Positions 59,028 through 64,000 of a stretch of DNA of 64,000 bases are shown here, in pieces. Origin of the DNA: Amoebidium appalachense (lineage: Eukaryota > Protista > Ichthyosporea). Within the stretch, counting starts at the first letter, position 1. Every line of letters begins with the position of its first letter. The stretch lies in assembly GCA_963693365.1 (NCBI GenBank), contig CAVNZM010000001.1, positions 16,921,840 to 16,985,839 of the forward strand, in the 5' to 3' direction. The position numbers and the translations under genes were made by a program. The notes beneath the pieces were generated by a model that saw only the letters and a program-made list of their open reading frames with translations, was not told the DNA's origin and searched no databases.

Positions 59028-59712
59028 GAGTTGAGGTTGTCGCATATCTGTTGTCGAAATTTGCGTCCCCTGGATATGGGCTGCTACTGTTGCGCTGCCG
59101 TGCATTGACATCCCCCCGAAACAGTATCTGAGTTGGGTTTCGTTAACGAGGGGAATAGGTCGAAACTCGGGTACTGTGGATGACGTGGGCCCCCCCTGAG
59201 GATGGGCTCTGCTTATTATGCATACTCTTTATGTATGGCTTGCATTCTGCATCGTGTTATCCGTTTGTTCTTGTGTACTTCGTACTTTTTGACGCATTCA
59301 AAACCCCCCCCCCCCCCTCCCCCCTCCCCCAATTTTTTTCTTTTTCGTTTTTTTTTTTTTTTTTTTTTTTGTGGGGGGGGGGGGGGGGGGGGGGGGGGGG
59401 ATTGACCTATTCTGATGTGATACACGCTGTTGCCAAATTTGTACGGCACTGCCCGTCGTCTCTCCCCTCTCCTCCCCCCGCCCCACACACACACGCGCAC
59501 ACACGCATACACACACGCACCGCAGGCTCATGCACATATACACACATACACACGGGCAGACACGCACACAAGCCACTCTTGATGTATTGTTTGCACTCTG
59601 CATCGTGTGATCAGTTGTTCTTGTGTACTTCGTACTTTATGACGCATTCAAACCCCCCCTTCTCCCCCCTTTTTTCCCTGACAGTCATCACTCCCAGGCA
59701 CCATATACACAT

Positions 59713-59784
<72 letters not shown>

Positions 59785-59983
59785 ATACATACATACATAC
59801 ACCGACAGCTACTACATCTACATTACGTTCCTGGGGTTCCGTGAGCTCCCCTTCCTCGGCAACACCACCGTGTTCCTTCTACCCATCGGTTTGGTCTTTG
59901 TTATTTACGTAATTTCGTTGATTTTGAGATGGAATATCAGTCGTGCGGTGTTGACAGGCTGGTATGGCATCAGCTTCACGTAA
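55656..59983 (+). CDS. UNC50: UNC-50 / GMH1 Golgi membrane protein
   Basis: Exons 55656-55788, 56662-56754, 58118-58274, 58661-58846, 59809-59983. Motifs: RRLLNFRQLDFEVALYQM, KVYRNFQYHKQTKNQWARDDPAF, VEWAYAFDVHCNSFFP, YYIYITFLGF..LPFL. Confidence 0.96.
57660..57760 (+). repeat. Diverged copy of the intronic structured repeat (UNC50 intron 2)
   Basis: ggggtcgaaactcaga..tgacttgg..tgaggatgggctctacttatgatgcattc. Confidence 0.75.
59106..59310 (+). repeat. Intronic structured repeat variant 2 (UNC50 intron 4), with a further partial copy at ~59570-59660
   Basis: A 14-bp stem acagtatctgagtt/aactcgggtactgt encloses the tcgttaacga hairpin, followed by ctgaggatgggctc..gcattcaaa. Confidence 0.85.
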
Positions 59984-61005
59984 ATCGTGCACTATTTTAT
60001 TCCATAGCTGATGTACGGTGATGCATGCACCCCTTGTAAGGGTGTGATCGATCACCCTGGTCCTTATCTACTTGCACAATGCACAGGTGACTAGGCAGAT
60101 CTTTGGAGGATATGCTGTTTGCTTCTGCCAGTAGAACCTTTGCTAATTAGTTTATGAGAGATAATTTACAGAACAGCGTGTCGATGGTGAACCGTGAATG
60201 AAACATACGGCGTATGCTTGTGTGGTGAGTCCTCGTTTGTTGTGTGTGTGGCAGAGGTGTTTCAAGTTTAAATTGTATTATATTGCAGCCTCTTTCTGTG
60301 GGCTATATTTCCATCCTCTTTATGCAACATGGTCAATTATCATGAAGAACAAAGCAGGTATACCCATGGGGCAATGGCTGGGTAATAGAGCGCAATCACT
60401 GTTTCTTGAAGAGCATGTGCACTTGTAACGTTGGGTTGTCCGTAGGGACACACGATCACTTTCTGGTTGCACGCTCCACACCTGGATTGTGGCCCTGGCA
60501 ACTCAAATGAGAATAAACGAGCCTGTCCCCTTATCAATGTCATGTGAGTTGAAAAACACATTCTGTCTCTTATCCATTAGCACATACGAACCTTGTCATA
60601 ATTTTTCCCCAGTTCAATTATATTACGTAAACATAATAAAATTAGGAATATAGCAGACATATGTATTTACAATCGCCTTTTGCATCTAATCGCTTACGAT
60701 TGGAGTCAACTTTCTCCTTCATAGAAAATTTGATTAATTGAAGCGATTGCAAATGAGTTTCACCCGACGCAGCCTAACCGGAGTCACCACAACACTCCCG
60801 GACTTGCGTGTTGGGGCTACTTTACGTAATTATAAGAGACTTGAGCTACAGTGCGTTGCCTATAGTGATATCCTAGTACAATACAGAGCGTTCTTGCTAG
60901 CATATGGGCAGGTGAACTTGCAATTAATCCACCGTTGCACAGCCTCCGGTAGAGTGTTACCTGTGCAAAGCAGCTTGGAAAACAGCAGCCCACGGCAGGC
61001 TCAAC

Positions 61006-61916
61006 ATGGCTGGTGAGTGGATGGTTTTGTTGATGTTTATTTCCTTTAGGGGTAATGAAAAGAGTACTGGCAGGTGTGTTTGGAAGAACGGTGTGCTGTG
61101 TTCCCTAGGATGTCTCTCTCGGCATGCTCTTTCGTCTGACGTCTATGCATGCTTTGTTTAGGCGCGAGCACTGCACTTGTGTCGTTGTTACATGAAAGAA
61201 AAATGATTGCTTTCCTTAGAGCTTTAGAGCTATGGGACTTTTTCAAAATCTCTTTTCCTGCCCCAGCACTTGGAGAGCATAGTGTCTTCTAGTTGCTGGT
61301 TAAGTTCATTAGCCTGCACAGAAGAAGGTTGAGATGAACGTGCAAGATCTCCTGGCAGGATTTCTGTCTTAGGTAGTAATAATCCATCCTGTTTGGCCTT
61401 ATTTTTTTTGCAAGGCACGTGCGTGTTAAGGGCTGGCGTGTTTTCCCCCTTGTCTCCTGGTGACGTGTTAACGGCCTACTGTTGAGCATTCACTGGGCTC
61501 TTTGTAATGAACGCTGAAGCTATACGCTTTGGAATGGTTAACAGAAACAGCAGGGGGGCTGTCCTTTTTCACCCCAAGTGTGTACAGGTGCTTTTATCTA
61601 TGCTTGTTTACTGTGTGGGACTGTGTGGGACACAGCGTGTCACATATTTCCGTGTCAGTTTGTGACTCGTCGCCCTAATCTGCTTGCGAAAACCGCATGC
61701 TGGACTTATCACCGTCACCCTTTTCCTATTCATTTCCTATCTGCCACGTGTGCATGGACTTTGGTGTACACAGGCACAAGCTAGATCTCGTGGTTTTTGG
61801 CACACACAAGTTCATCCCTCTGTCTTCTCCCCCCCTCCCCCCTCTCCCTGCTTCCAAATACTCCTCATCTTGTTTGCACGCGCACATGCTCGCATGCACG
61901 CACACACCCGCATCCA

Positions 61917-61982
<66 letters not shown>

Positions 61983-63680
61983 CACGTACACACACAAACA
62001 CAACCACGACACCTTGTCAAGCCCCCATCCCTCCCCTTTACTCCTCCTGTCTCTCCTTCCTTCTTCCCCACCTCTACCACCCATTCCCCTTCCACCAAAT
62101 TCTCTGTCCCTCCTGTTTTCCCTCTCTCTCCCCCTCTTTTTCTCTTTTTCTTCCCCCCCCCCCCCCCCCTGAGTTGTGGGCCCCCCCGGAGGATGGGTGG
62201 GCTCTGCTTATTATGCATACTCTTTATGTATGGCTTGCATTCTGCATCGTGTTATCCGTTTGTTCTTGTGTACTTCGTACTTTTTGACGCATTCAAACCC
62301 CCGCCTGAGTTGGAGCGTCGTATCTAGGCGGGCTAAGGGGTCGAAACTCAGACGCAATTGATGACTTGGGCCCTCCCTGAGGATGGGCTCTGCTTATGAC
62401 GCATACTGTGCACATGGCTGATGTTGCATACTTGAATGTTTGCCTTTTGCATGTGTCCTGCACCATGCTTCTCGTCGTGTATGCGTACTTCATACCGTGT
62501 TCCGCATTCAAACCCCCCCAGTCTTCTTTCAGAGGTGTCCTTTCAGGACAGACCACTGTGTGGAGTCCGCTTTACTTTATACAACCGGGCATGGTTGCTC
62601 TGTGTTGTGCATCTGTAAGCACATACGCATTTTTCGCTGCACTGCATTAGTTTGCACACACATCTTCACCGTCCTTCCTTGCATAAGCAACCCTGCTCGT
62701 CTTTGAACAAGACGAGTTGACCCGCCCAAGTTCAGTTAATGCTGCTGTCTGAGTTGGAGCGTCGTATATACGCGGGCTAAGGGGTCGAAACTCAGACGCA
62801 ATTGATGACTTGGGTCCTCCCTGAGGATGGGCTCTGCTTATGACACATACTGTGCACATGGCTGATGTTGCATACTTAAATGTTTGCCTTTGCATGTGTC
62901 CTGCACCATGCTTCTCGTCGTGTATGCGTACTTCGTACCGTGTTCCGCATTCAAACCCCCCCAGTCTTCTTTCAGAGGTGTCCTTTCAGGACAGACCACT
63001 GGGTGGAGACCGCTTTACTTCCATGCAACCGGGCATGGTTGCTCTGTGTCGTGCATCTGTAAGCACATACGCATTTTTCGCTGCACTGCAGTAGTTTGCA
63101 CACACATCTTCACCGTTTTGCTCACCTTGCTTGCATAAGCAACCCTGCTGGTCTTATCAAGACGGATTGACCCGACCAAGTTCAGTTGATGCTGCTGTCT
63201 GAGTTGGAGCGTCGTATATCCGCGGGCTAAGAGGTCGAAACTCAGACGCAATTGATGACTTGGGTCCTCCCTGAGGATGGGCCCTGCTTATGACGCATAC
63301 TGTGCTCATGGCTGATGTTGCATACTTGAATGTTTGCCTTTGCATGTGTCCTGCACCATGCTTCTCGTCGTGTATGCGTACTTCGTACCGTGTTCCGCAT
63401 TCAAACCCCCCCCCAACCCCCCCCTCCCCCCTCCCCCCTCCCCCCCCCCCCCCCTTCCTCCCCCCATCCCCTCTCCCCGTCTCCTCTCCTTTCTCTTTCT
63501 CTCCTCCCCAATTCTCACCCACCGCCTCCACCAGACTACGTCAACAAGGACCAGATCTCTCTGGACAACGATGGAGAGGACGTGCAGGAGCAGCAGAGTG
63601 CACCTGGAAAGGCAAAGACAGTGGGCAGATCTGCAAAGGAGGAGAGGCTGAGAAAGCTGCAGGACCTGAAGCTGAGGAGG
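61006..63680 (+). CDS. SYF2: Pre-mRNA splicing factor SYF2, 5' part (continues beyond the window)
   Basis: ATG GCT G|gtgagt (61006-61012) joins in phase to 63535-63680, giving MADYVNKDQISLDNDGED..AKEERLRKLQDLKLRR|gtatgt. This resembles the SYF2 RLRKxRELxxxR(NEAR) helix. Only one informative exon is visible. Confidence 0.62.
62169..63414 (+). ncRNA. Candidate retrozyme/viroid-like element: a variant-2 fragment (62169-62301) followed by ~2.5 head-to-tail copies of a 444/450-nt unit
   Basis: Unit starts (ctgagttggagcgtcg) at 62305, 62749 and 63199. Extensive self-complementarity with G-U pairs and hammerhead core words. The tandem repeat is certain; the ncRNA call is an inference. Confidence 0.5.
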
Positions 63681-64000
63681 GTATGTGGGGGGGCTGTGGA
63701 GCGGAGGGGCTTTTTTTGGGGGGGGGGGGGGGGGGGGGGGAAGGAATGAAGAAGAGGAGGGGTGGTGTGTATGTGTGTGGTGGGGGACCGGGGTGGGGAG
63801 TGGGGGTGGGGGGGGGGGGAGAGGGGTTTAGCAAGGATAAGGAGGGGTGTGGCAAGGGTGGACGGGAAGGATGTGGGGAGGGGGGGGGGGGGGGGGGTTA
63901 TGTTTGAATGTGCCAAAGAGTGTGAGGGGAAGAGTTTATGGGGATGAATGAGGGTGCATGGATGGTGGAGGGAGGGAGCTCCGAAAGGCAAATACGTAGG

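Noticed and set aside
61507-61588. ATG at 61507 as the first exon of SYF2
   Set aside because: Its donors are phase 0 or 2, while the exon at 63535 needs phase 1. ATG GCT G|gtgagt at 61006 fits.
62359-62381. C/D-box snoRNA (TGATGA ... CTGA)
   Set aside because: The boxes are only ~13 nt apart with no room for a guide, and box C is not conserved in variant 2 (GGATGA).
62749-62830. Canonical HDV-like ribozyme or tRNA-derived SINE (GGTCGAAAC as a B box)
   Set aside because: No upstream P1 or proper P3/L3 can be built. There is no A box at the right spacing, no poly-A tail and no TSD.

Overview
Eukaryotic genomic DNA, probably from a unicellular or early-branching lineage, although taxonomy cannot be fixed from this window. 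Genes are intron-dense and the introns are filled with poly-C/poly-G runs and (CA)/(TG) microsatellites, so almost all long ORFs in the supplied track are repeat artefacts. Splicing by hand gives six genes: a monoglyceride-lipase-family gene whose catalytic Ser is replaced by Gly (+, ~2041-7052); a complete 27-exon GPCR-PIP kinase fusion with the LR(x)9GI linker (+, 10341-30055); a 4-exon gene with a possibly transposase-derived Cys/His domain (-, 34913-37447); a USF-like bHLH-ZIP factor (-, 45624-51349); UNC-50 (+, 55656-59983); and the 5' part of SYF2 (+, from 61006). There is also a tRNA-Asn(GUU), five LINE copies or fragments (four with TSD candidates) and three TIR MITEs. The most unusual signal is a non-coding ~445-nt unit repeated head-to-tail in the SYF2 intron (62305-63414). 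It folds by eye into a G-U-rich branched rod and contains all hammerhead core nucleotides, but in a non-standard strand order. Related fragments lie in introns of five genes, always sense to the host. This is a candidate retrozyme/viroid-like circular-RNA element; the fold and ribozyme activity are unverified inferences.
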